A stretch of 64,000 nucleotides of DNA from a virus. The DNA lies in the IMG/VR virus record IMGVR_UViG_3300009157_000016, positions 1 through 64,000 of that record; one strand, 5' to 3'. A program made the translations under genes and the position numbers. The first letter of the stretch is position 1. Every line of letters begins with the position of its first letter. This document shows, piece by piece, positions 1 through 7,167 of this stretch. The notes beneath the pieces are model-generated. The model searched no databases. It was not told the DNA's origin and worked only from the letters and a program-made list of their open reading frames with translations.

Positions 1-311
1 AAGGCCGCCGCCCGTGACTTCCGCACGTAGATGGTGACTTGCTCCTTGACGTGCGGGCCGTTCCCAACTCGCACAACGCCGCCGCCATCCACCCGTATGC
101 CGTATTTCCTATCGGCGTTGTTGCCACGTCCTCGGGAAATGTCCAAGGTCATGACGCACCATCCGATGGAGTCCGTCTTGTAGAAGGTCAACATCCCGTG
201 CTGACCCACATCGTGAACCATCGGGTCCTTCTGGAAGTCCGGGTAGCTCAGGTCAACCGCCAGCACGTTCGGCGGAAGAGCCTGAGGCTTCTTGCCTGTT
301 GCTCTTTTCAT
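1..311 (-). CDS. hypothetical early protein (runs off window start)
   Basis: ATG at 311 preceded by the repeated RBS CAGCAGGAGAGAGAAC; open frame MKRATGKKPQALPPNVLAVDLSYPDF... to the window edge; not in ORF track. Confidence 0.75.
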   Translation of the reverse strand, partial: MKRATGKKPQALPPNVLAVDLSYPDFQKDPMVHDVGQHGMLTFYKTDSIGWCVMTLDISRGRGNNADRKYGIRVDGGGVVRVGNGPHVKEQVTIYVRKSRAAA

Positions 312-390
312 GTTCTCTCTCCTGCTGTGAAGCACTCACGTTGAGCACTTCCCTATCCAGTCACTCTGACTGACTGGATGAGGCTGCGCT
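312..390 (-). repeat. intergenic hairpin+RBS element, copy 1
   Basis: AGCGC-AG-CCUCAUCCAGUCA-GUCAGAG-UGACUGGAUAGGG-AA-GUGCU (344-390) followed by CACAGCAGGAGAGAGAAC-ATG. Confidence 0.9.
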
Positions 391-471
391 CTACTGCTGT
401 AGAAGGTCGCGGATGCCTGCGATGACTGCTAGCGCAATCATCACAAGCAAGAAGACGTGGTCAGGCTGCAT
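391..471 (-). CDS. small hydrophobic peptide (26 aa)
   Basis: MQPDHVFLLVMIALAVIAGIRDLLQQ; overlaps the end of the upstream gene and stops at the hairpin. Confidence 0.45.
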   Translation of the reverse strand: MQPDHVFLLVMIALAVIAGIRDLLQQ

Positions 472-778
472 CCGGCACCGCCTGATACTGCTTCGCGTAT
501 CCAAGTGAATGAAGATTGTGGATGATTGACACCGCCATTTCTTCGTTTGATGGCAGTATCTCGTGCCCAAAGATGGTGTGACGGTAGATGTCAAACGCCT
601 GCAAGAGCACCAGCGCGGCATATTCGTCACTGACCTTCTTCGCCGTGCTGCCAATGCCCATCGCCGTGAAGATGTCCATCCCATTGGGATATTCCGTTGG
701 GTAGCCATCTTCACTGCTGTAGTGGGCGCTCATCTCTTCCGCGATGAGCCGGATGCGCTTTCCTAAATTTGTGTCCAT
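461..778 (-). CDS. hypothetical early protein
   Basis: 105 aa ORF; start preceded by the repeated RBS. Confidence 0.8.
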   Translation of the reverse strand: MDTNLGKRIRLIAEEMSAHYSSEDGYPTEYPNGMDIFTAMGIGSTAKKVSDEYAALVLLQAFDIYRHTIFGHEILPSNEEMAVSIIHNLHSLGYAKQYQAVPDAA

Positions 779-855
779 AGTTCTCTCTCCTGCTGTGAAA
801 TGCTTCCTAGCACTTCCCTATCCAGCCGCTCTGACCGGCTGGATGAGGCTGCGCT
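779..855 (-). repeat. intergenic hairpin+RBS element, copy 2
   Basis: Same as copy 1 with compensatory stem changes (UCA/UGA to CCG/CGG). Confidence 0.9.
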
Positions 856-1309
856 ACACTTGGATGTGGCTGGAAGTATCCAGCCGCTCCATTGGCAAAT
901 AGCTCTCAAGTGCCTCGAAGATCAGGTGATTGTAGAACTGCTCAATGATCTCCGGAGTGGCACCGTTGCCTTCCGTGAGGCCCTGCTGCATGTGCTCGGG
1001 GACATCGTCCCAGAGGAACGTGTCTTCCGTGGCCGCCACTTCGCCATCGCCGGCGCTGGAAGCAAGGGCGTAGGCTTTGCTGTTCCAATCCCAGCTTCCC
1101 ATGATGATCGTAATCGTGAGATCACGCTCATACACCAGCGTCATCGCAACGCCATGCTGCCGGAGTTCCCAGCCCTCGTTGAGAGGCCAGTTTTCCGCCA
1201 GCTTGAACGTCTCATGCTGCGCGTAGTCCTTGCTGTCCATTGTGTAACGGGGGTTGCCCATCCCATCCTGGAGCATGGTCACGCGCGGCAATGTGATCTT
1301 GTCACTCAT
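854..1309 (-). CDS. hypothetical early protein
   Basis: MSDKITL start chosen from the repeated RBS. Confidence 0.8.
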   Translation of the reverse strand: MSDKITLPRVTMLQDGMGNPRYTMDSKDYAQHETFKLAENWPLNEGWELRQHGVAMTLVYERDLTITIIMGSWDWNSKAYALASSAGDGEVAATEDTFLWDDVPEHMQQGLTEGNGATPEIIEQFYNHLIFEALESYLPMERLDTSSHIQV

Positions 1310-1390
1310 AGTTCTCACTCCTGCTGTGAAGTCCTCATCGTGAGCACTTCCCCTACCGGCGCAGTTCCCTGCGCCGGTAATGGCAGCGCT
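1310..1390 (-). repeat. intergenic hairpin+RBS element, copy 3
   Basis: AGCGC...UACCGGCGCAG-GGAA-CUGCGCCGGUA...GUGCU plus CACAGCAGGAGTGAGAACT-ATG. Confidence 0.9.
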
Positions 1391-1882
1391 CTAGCTGACA
1401 ATCATCTTCATGATGACCACATCCAAGCTTGGCTGCGCCTTGTAGAAGACACGCAGCTCGTCGCGTTCATAGGGTGTGGCATCCTCGCCAAGGCGGTTCT
1501 TGACTTCCGCCACAGCCGCTTCTTCGGTGGCATACGTTCCCGTGATGGGTTCCTCCACGGTCACGCCGCCATCCATGCTGACTTCGTAAACCAGCCACAC
1601 GGCCCAGTCTTCGCCGGGCTCCAGCGGGGGCTTGAACGTCCCTTCGCTCCGGTGCGGGTTGAACGGCCCGCCCAGCTTCTGGACGATCTCGCCCAGCCGG
1701 TAGTGGGCTTCCTCATCGCAGTCCAGGAAGCACTCCGTGCCGCCCTCTTCCGGGCTGTTGACATCCAGCGTGCCTCCCGGCGCTAACCAGATGTCTACGC
1801 CGTTGGCCTCCCGCATCAGCCATGACAGCTTCTCACGGAGGGCCTGCTCTTGGGCGTCAGTCAACTCAAGTATCTTGCTCAT
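1391..1882 (-). CDS. hypothetical acidic early protein
   Basis: 163 aa Glu/Asp-rich ORF with the repeated RBS. Confidence 0.8.
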   Translation of the reverse strand: MSKILELTDAQEQALREKLSWLMREANGVDIWLAPGGTLDVNSPEEGGTECFLDCDEEAHYRLGEIVQKLGGPFNPHRSEGTFKPPLEPGEDWAVWLVYEVSMDGGVTVEEPITGTYATEEAAVAEVKNRLGEDATPYERDELRVFYKAQPSLDVVIMKMIVS

Positions 1883-1962
1883 AGTTCTCTCTCCTGCTGT
1901 GTTGAAATGCTCCTAAGCACTTCCACATCTAACCGGGCTGGCCGGTTAGATGGGGCTGCGCT
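1883..1962 (-). repeat. intergenic hairpin+RBS element, copy 4
   Basis: AGCGC-AG-CCC-CAUCUAACCGG-CCAGC-CCGGUUAGAUG-UGG-AA-GUGCU plus RBS. Confidence 0.9.
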
Positions 1963-1963
1963 C

Positions 1964-2194
1964 TTATATGTTCTGTTGCACAAGCCGTTCCCGCACCATT
2001 TCTTGGGCGCGCAGGAGGCCAGCTTTATCCAAGGTGCTGACCATCCCGCTGAGCCTAAGCTCGTAGATGAACTGTCTTCTGTCATTGCTGACTTCCTTCA
2101 CGTAGCCCCTGTGGAGGGCAACGCGGAGGGCCGCCGGATCAGCGGCAATGAACGTGTCATCGTCAAGCTTGAGAAAGGCGGTGACTTTCTTCAT
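1964..2194 (-). CDS. hypothetical protein
   Basis: 76 aa; ATGA-coupled to the upstream small ORF. Confidence 0.7.
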   Translation of the reverse strand: MKKVTAFLKLDDDTFIAADPAALRVALHRGYVKEVSNDRRQFIYELRLSGMVSTLDKAGLLRAQEMVRERLVQQNI

Positions 2195-2316
2195 GACGTT
2201 ATCTCAAACGTCAAGCCCATCCCAGCCCGGAGGTTCCTCTCTTCGAGGGCTTCCAAGTAGGTTGCGCATTCTATGACCAACGGCTCTTCGTAGCCGTAAA
2301 AGGTGATCGTGATCAT
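2191..2316 (-). CDS. hypothetical small protein (41 aa)
   Basis: MITITFYGYEEPLVIECATYLEALEERNLRAGMGLTFEITS; ATGA overlaps at both ends. Confidence 0.6.
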   Translation of the reverse strand: MITITFYGYEEPLVIECATYLEALEERNLRAGMGLTFEITS

Positions 2317-2543
2317 CTGCGCCTCCGGGGGCCAATCTTGCCGGTCACCGGATCCACAGGCTTTCCGTTCACCGTGACATTCCCTTGGCTCAGGGCGGCG
2401 AAGAAAGAGTTGGCCACGTTGGCTATCTCAGCCTTCGTTGCCGGCCTGCTTCTGCCAACCACTCCGTCAGCGTTTTCCACGGTGATCTTACCCACCTTGA
2501 AGTTATCCAGGTTCTTCAACCTTCGGGTTCTCTTTGCTGTCAT
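2313..2543 (-). CDS. hypothetical basic protein
   Basis: MTAKRTRR start behind the repeated RBS. Confidence 0.75.
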   Translation of the reverse strand: MTAKRTRRLKNLDNFKVGKITVENADGVVGRSRPATKAEIANVANSFFAALSQGNVTVNGKPVDPVTGKIGPRRRR

Positions 2544-2625
2544 GATTCTCACTCCTGCTGTGAAGTATCCTGCTGTGAACACTCCTGCATCCAGCGGCCA
2601 CGCCGCTGGATATAGTTGCCTTCAC
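2544..2625 (-). repeat. intergenic hairpin+RBS element, copy 5 (divergent)
   Basis: GUGAA...AUCCAGCGGC-GUG-GCCGCUGGAU...UUCAC plus CACAGCAGGAGTGAGAATC-ATG. Confidence 0.8.
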
Positions 2626-2894
2626 TCTACTTTCATCTGACGCTGCCATTTTGTGGGAGTGTCATTGTACTTGTAGTATCTTGGATGCTGCTGCCTTTTC
2701 TTGAACCTTATCTTCGGCTTGCTATCATCCACGAAGTCATGCGTGCTGTGCTTCTCAGGTATTCCTCGGGGGAGGATACCGTAAAAGGAACACAGCGCTT
2801 CTTGCCTGCCGGGTTCCTTGTGCCTGCGTTCCCGCAATCTGCGGGGCAGCTTAGCTCTTGGAACCTTGCGGGCCTTACGCCAAGGTTTCTTCAT
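2622..2894 (-). CDS. hypothetical very basic protein
   Basis: Lys/Arg-rich ORF behind the repeated RBS. Confidence 0.7.
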   Translation of the reverse strand: MKKPWRKARKVPRAKLPRRLRERRHKEPGRQEALCSFYGILPRGIPEKHSTHDFVDDSKPKIRFKKRQQHPRYYKYNDTPTKWQRQMKVE

Positions 2895-2980
2895 GTTCAA
2901 CTCCTGCTGTGACGTGCTCTTGTGAACACCTCCCCAATGACTGAACGCGAAGTGCGCCCAGCCATTGAGATGACGTTCAT
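2895..2980 (-). repeat. intergenic hairpin+RBS element, copy 6 (divergent)
   Basis: CUCAAUGGCUGGGCGC/GCGUUCAGUCAUUGGG stem with several G-U pairs, plus CACAGCAGGAGTTGAAC-ATG. Confidence 0.8.
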
Positions 2981-2981
2981 C

Positions 2982-3635
2982 TTACCCCCTACCCTTCGCA
3001 GGGCTGCTTCCCCAACGGGCCACTTCCTTTTGCCTCAGCGGCCCATGCCGCTTTGCCTTCTTGGCCTTGGGTTTCTTTTGTGTTAGCTGCTCTTGCAAGT
3101 TGTCAGTGCCTACGCTGCGCATCTTGGGGAGCGCAACGTCACCATGATTCTCATTCATGGGGCCGCACTGGATGAGAAGCCACGTGATCACTTGGGATTG
3201 CAAGGCCACCGGGAGTGTGATCATCCACACCCCCTGACGCAGCCTGCGCCCTGAGATCATGAAGAGGCTATTCACCATGTGAGGCTGGAGCACCGGCTGC
3301 TTGCCCTTCATCTTGTAGCTCCAGCCAGCCGGCCGGCGTACAGTGAAGGGGAGTTTGACGCCACCTCTTTCAAGGCGGTCACCAAACCTCTTGCGAACAG
3401 CCTTGTCATTGAGAGTGACCGGCACATCCCGCGTGGGGTAGTGCGGCTTGCTCATCGCACGCTCATCCTGGCCCTTGGCTATCTCACGGAGCAGTGCCCG
3501 TGCTTCACCAAAGGCTAGGCCCTGCTCACTTAAGAGGAGCGTGCCTGCCGCCTCACGCCGTGCCCGCTGGGATGCGCGCCGCGCTTCCCGTAGGTCATGT
3601 TCAGCATGAAGCAGCTTTCTTACTGCCTTTTCCAT
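2982..3635 (-). CDS. hypothetical basic protein, first gene of the leftward operon
   Basis: ~217 aa ORF; RBS CAGGAGG upstream of ATG 3635. Confidence 0.75.
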   Translation of the reverse strand: MEKAVRKLLHAEHDLREARRASQRARREAAGTLLLSEQGLAFGEARALLREIAKGQDERAMSKPHYPTRDVPVTLNDKAVRKRFGDRLERGGVKLPFTVRRPAGWSYKMKGKQPVLQPHMVNSLFMISGRRLRQGVWMITLPVALQSQVITWLLIQCGPMNENHGDVALPKMRSVGTDNLQEQLTQKKPKAKKAKRHGPLRQKEVARWGSSPAKGRG

Positions 3636-3710
3636 TTCAACCACCTCCTGTGTGATGCCCTACGCATCAGCAAATGGCCTTCTTGGAAGCCACTTGCTGA
3701 TGGGTAGGTG
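3636..3710 (-). repeat. intergenic hairpin+RBS element, copy 7 (divergent)
   Basis: CCUAC-CCAUCAGCAAGUGGCUU...AAGGCCAUUUGCUGAUG-CGUAGG plus CACAGGAGG. Confidence 0.65.
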
Positions 3711-4507
3711 GCAGGCGCGCTTGTGACGGCGCGCCCGCCTACCCAACATTGCAGGAGGAGGAGAACAGCGTGGTGTGTGAGATGGCAGCTACTTGGCCCC
3801 TCACTTGAGATGCCTAAGAACCTTGCAGCATTGGCTGGTTGCTAGCGGCTTCACTTATCTTGCTGCCCTTGCGGCTTGACACCTACGTGCTGAACAGGAT
3901 CACGGGAACTGTTCAGGTTTCAGGGCGTCACTACACTTCCCTTTGCTGGCTTGCCTTGTGGGAGGGCTGCCGGTGCGTCACGTAGGCTGATTGCCGCCAG
4001 CCAGCCCTTGCGGGGCTGGCGGGATGCAAGATGTGGCTGATTGAGCTATGCAGGGTGCTATCATGGGTGCGGGAGTAGAAGCCCACACACCACGCTTGAA
4101 TTTGCCGCCCGGCTAATTGAGATGAGGAGTGCTACCCCTCACCCTAGGCGCGTTGAAAAGCGCCAAGCCTGTGAGATACGGAAGGGTTTTGCCCCCATGC
4201 CCCGCGCCGGTGACCGGCTGCAACACATGGGAAGACTTACTCACTGCCCCCTACAACGGGAGTTACAGGCCAGTGTCACCATCATCAGCGGTTACTCATC
4301 TCACCCCCTTGCCGTCAGGTGCCCCTCAGCAATCAAGATCACGCTAGATGACCCCTTTTGCCCGTGCCCGTGCGCCGCAGCTTAACAGCGGGATGAGAGT
4401 TTCACCAGCAGCGCAGTGGCTACCGGGTTACCCTCATGAGAGTTTGCGGTGCCTCACGGCGCTGCTCATCTCAGATGCCTTCACCTATGCCATAACGCAT
4501 AGCGGCA
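3710..4507 (-). ncRNA. candidate large structured leader/ncRNA (~800 nt)
   Basis: No credible ORF. Perfect 13-bp long-range inverted repeat (3767-3779/4084-4096), 9-bp inverted repeat (4118-4126/4295-4303), several GNRA-capped hairpins; starts just after a sigma70 promoter. Confidence 0.55.
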
Positions 4508-4512
4508 GCTAC

Positions 4513-4541
4513 ACGTTACCATAGGCGTTACACAGTGTCAA
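4513..4541 (-). promoter_or_regulatory. sigma70-type promoter (leftward)
   Basis: TTGACA (4541-4536), 17-bp spacer, TAACGT (4518-4513). Confidence 0.8.
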
Positions 4542-5288
4542 CCTAGCCAAAAGGATAATTTTGAGCCTGTGCAAAAGATAAGGCAGCTCATCCTGCTACC
4601 ATCCTCGCACCCATCTTCATCGCATTCTTCATACCCATCTTATTCGTATATCTTCCCGCCCCTCATAGCAAAGAAGAAAGCAGATTCGAAAACAAATCTA
4701 GCAAACGGGATTAAGAGCAAAACCCCCAACCCCGTCAAACGACATAAGTGCAACAATGCCCGCAAGAAGGGGACCAAACCGCATCCATGTGTAGGAGGAA
4801 TCGAAAACAAATCTAGCAACCAAGGATCAGGAGCTAACTCCTTGTCCAGCCAACGAATAAACAACAAAGCCCCAAGGCCCAAGAGAAGCGGTTCCCAGTG
4901 TCCTAAGATGCAAACGTTCTAGCAGTCCTACGACTCTAAGAAAAGCCCCATCCAGCAACCTTACTCTTCCTACGTCCCACCCCCGTCACATAGAACAGGT
5001 TCCTAGGACAAAGCAAACCGACACCAAGAGGATAATCCTGCCAAAGACACCAAGAATGCAGCTTATGTGGACAGCACTCCCCATAGAGCCCACTGGACCC
5101 ACAATGCAGCTTAAGAAAACAGGAAACCCACGTAGTCCGTTGAAAAAGCCTGTCTAAGGCCGCCTCCCCTCAAGAAGAATTAATCGTGGACTGAGAAGAA
5201 CAGGACAGACTCTATCGTGTTCTTTCTTCCCCACAGTCCCCCATACCACATAAGGGGGTTTGCTAGAAGAACAAGATACTCTTCTTTG

Positions 5289-5416
5289 GCACGACCCGCA
5301 GGAATTATATGCACGACAGGACTCAATTCCCTTGCACGAGCAGGTTCAATTCTTGTGTGCGACGCTGGGTATTTCTTCACACCGACCATGTGGAATAGTG
5401 TAGCACGACTATCAGG
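5289..5416 (+). repeat. imperfect ~22-23 bp tandem repeats GCACGA..CAGG..AATT
   Basis: Units start at 5289, 5311 and 5334; weaker copies at 5359 and 5403. Confidence 0.6.
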
Positions 5417-5531
5417 ATGAAAGTAGATTCGAAAAAATTTCTAGCAACCGGGTTTTCGAACGACGTGGGGAATGCTCTAGCTGTCTTATTCATTGTGCTA
5501 CTTAGGTCGTCGTTCCTTGCGGAAGGGCTCT

Positions 5532-5734
5532 ATCGTCTTCTTTCTTCTTCCGGGGGTCTCTTTCTTCTTCCCCATGCGGACATGCGGGGAAGAAGATGGA
5601 AGGCGATTCGAAAAAATTTCTAGCGAAGGGGGTTTGATAGCGCGGGCCAACTATGAGAAGAAGAGTGCCCAAGAAATGGTTAATCGTCCTCTTTCTTCTT
5701 CCGGGGGTCTCTGTCTGCTTCTTTCTTCTTCCCC
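5532..5734 (+). repeat. pyrimidine-rich direct repeat pair
   Basis: ATCGTC(T/C)TCTTTCTTCTTCCGGGGGTCTCT...TCTTCTTCCCC at ~5532-5573 and ~5683-5734. Confidence 0.8.
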
Positions 5735-5923
5735 GCGCCGTGAAGGGAAGAGGGCGGGAAGAAGAGGGAGGAGATTCGAAAGCGATTATAGGAAGAAGAA
5801 TGAGGAGCGCCGGCGCGAGGAGGCCGGGAAGAGGGGTGCCGGCCGCCGGCCGCAAGGCGGCATGGTTAACGGGAGGTTTATTAACCATATGCCTGAAAGC
5901 GCCGCCGGCATTGTTGTTTTTTG

Positions 5924-5952
5924 TTGCCGTTACGCTGTGTAACGCCCATATT
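5924..5952 (+). promoter_or_regulatory. putative sigma70-type promoter (rightward)
   Basis: TTGCCG, 17-bp spacer, CATATT; the spacer contains the CTGTGTAACGC motif. Confidence 0.5.
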
Positions 5953-6122
5953 GACGTTGCACCGGGCTTGACCGGTCAGGGCGGCCCATGCCGCCCGCTT
6001 CACCGGGCCACGCGCGCTTGACGGCGCTTGCACGTGGTACCGCGGCGGCGCTAAGCGGCCGGGCTCACTTGCCCGTGCCATGCTGCGCAAGGTGACACGG
6101 CGCAAGCCGGTGCCGCGCTATG

Positions 6123-6141
6123 GCGTTACGCTGTGTAACGC
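6123..6141. promoter_or_regulatory. palindromic operator-like site GCGTTAC-N5-GTAACGC
   Basis: Related copies at 4525-4541 (-), 5928-5945 and 6808-6824 share CTGTGTAACGC. Confidence 0.6.
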
Positions 6142-6169
6142 TAGGCGCAAAGCCTGAAAGGTTGAAGCA

Positions 6170-6760
6170 ATGGCAAAGGGTATTGACTACGGTTTCACCG
6201 GCGTGAGCCGCGCGGCGCTTGACTACTGGCCCACGGGCAAGGCGGCGCAAGGCGGCATTGACTGCGGCCCACGGCCCACGCAAGCGCAGCTTGACGCGGC
6301 CGCCGTGCTACTGCCACGGCAGGGTACGGGCAAACACTTGGCGCTTGCCATGTACGGCCGTGAAGGCGGCGCGCTACAGGCGCAAGTGAGCCGCGTGACC
6401 GGTGACACGCAAGTGAACGTACTGCGCAACCTCATTGCCGCCGGCAAGGTTGTGGCGCGGCCGTTGCCGGGTGAGGGCAACGCCAAGCGCTACGCGTACG
6501 CGTTGCCGGGCGCGGCCAAGGGCAAGGGCAAGGGCGCGGCCAAGGTGACCGCCACGCCGGCCGCCAAGGTGACCGCCAAGGGCGCGGCCAAGCCGGCCGC
6601 CAAGGGCAAGGGCAAGGGCAACGTGCCCGCCGTGCCCGCCAAGCCTGACCGCGCGGCGCTTAAGCGCGCGGCTGACGCGCTTTTGGCCAAGCGCAAGCCG
6701 GCCGCCACGGTGGCCGCCACGCCGGCCGCCACGCCGGCCGGTGACAAGCCGGCCGCCTGA
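6170..6760 (+). CDS. putative DNA-binding protein: winged-helix-like domain plus histone-H1-like Ala/Lys/Pro tail
   Basis: 196 aa; GT...EGGA...TG..Q.NVL..L...G core; AAKVTA/KGKGKG repeats in the C-terminal half. Confidence 0.75.
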   Translation: MAKGIDYGFTGVSRAALDYWPTGKAAQGGIDCGPRPTQAQLDAAAVLLPRQGTGKHLALAMYGREGGALQAQVSRVTGDTQVNVLRNLIAAGKVVARPLPGEGNAKRYAYALPGAAKGKGKGAAKVTATPAAKVTAKGAAKPAAKGKGKGNVPAVPAKPDRAALKRAADALLAKRKPAATVAATPAATPAGDKPAA

Positions 6761-6773
6761 TAGCGGCTCACAT

Positions 6774-6801
6774 GCTAGGGCGCGCCACGGCGCGCCCTAG
6801 C
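6774..6801. terminator. GC-rich hairpin after the H1-like gene
   Basis: GCTAGGGCGCGCC-AC-GGCGCGCCCTAGC; no U-tract. Confidence 0.4.
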
Positions 6802-6838
6802 GCCACGGTGACACTGTGTAACGCATGAGGTTGCGGCA

Positions 6839-7027
6839 ATGATTGATGACACAACGCATAGGCAATGGGCCGGCATGAGTGCCGGTCACAAGCTGGTCAG
6901 CGGTACGCGTGACCAGCTAGCGCGCTACGCGCCGCGCAAGCGCTACAGCTTGACGCGCGCTTTTGCGCTGACGTTTGCCGCCGGCTTTGCGCTTTGCGGC
7001 TTTGCGCTTGCGCTTTACGCGCTTTGA
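6839..7027 (+). CDS. small protein with C-terminal transmembrane segment
   Basis: 62 aa; RBS GAGG; hydrophobic C-terminus. Confidence 0.6.
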   Translation: MIDDTTHRQWAGMSAGHKLVSGTRDQLARYAPRKRYSLTRAFALTFAAGFALCGFALALYAL

Positions 7028-7033
7028 TTGCAT

Positions 7034-7067
7034 GGGGGCGGGTACCCGTTTGCGGGTACCCGCCCCC
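7034..7067. terminator. 15-bp perfect hairpin between convergent transcription units
   Basis: GGGGGCGGGTACCCG-TTTG-CGGGTACCCGCCCCC. Confidence 0.65.
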
Positions 7068-7167
7068 CTATTGCCGGGGGGCACCTTCCCTGCGAATTTC
7101 AGCACTCCAATACTCTAAGGAAGCGGTTCTCAGGACACCCCCATGCCCCCACTGAAACCCGCCATAG

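Larger units (their letters stand above)
4682..5780 (+). repeat. dispersed repeat GA(T/A)TCGAAAA(C/A)A(A/T)(A/T)TCTAGC
   Basis: Copies at 4682-4704, 4797-4819, 5425-5447, 5605-5624, partial at 5772-5781. Confidence 0.85.
4560..5875. other. AT-rich non-coding region with repeats; candidate origin or genome end/packaging region
   Basis: Lower GC than flanks, purine/pyrimidine-skewed tracts, no plausible protein, lies between divergent promoters. Confidence 0.55.

Noticed and set aside
800-1786. 328-aa plus-strand ORF
   Set aside because: Antisense shadow of real minus-strand genes that have RBSs; it crosses the hairpin elements
312-3710. Intergenic repeats as a CRISPR array or integron attC sites
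   Set aside because: The spacers are whole genes of variable length, the repeats covary as RNA with strand-specific G-U pairs, there are no RYYYAAC/GTTRRRY ends, and no cas or integrase gene is in the window
4240-4300. Hammerhead ribozyme core (CUGAUGA on the minus strand)
   Set aside because: No correctly placed stem II followed by GAAA and a cleavage triplet could be found
4569-5942. ORFs in the AT-rich region (4569-4922, 5180-5420, 5493-5942, 5502-5888)
   Set aside because: Low-complexity translations of repeats with no convincing RBS or protein-like composition
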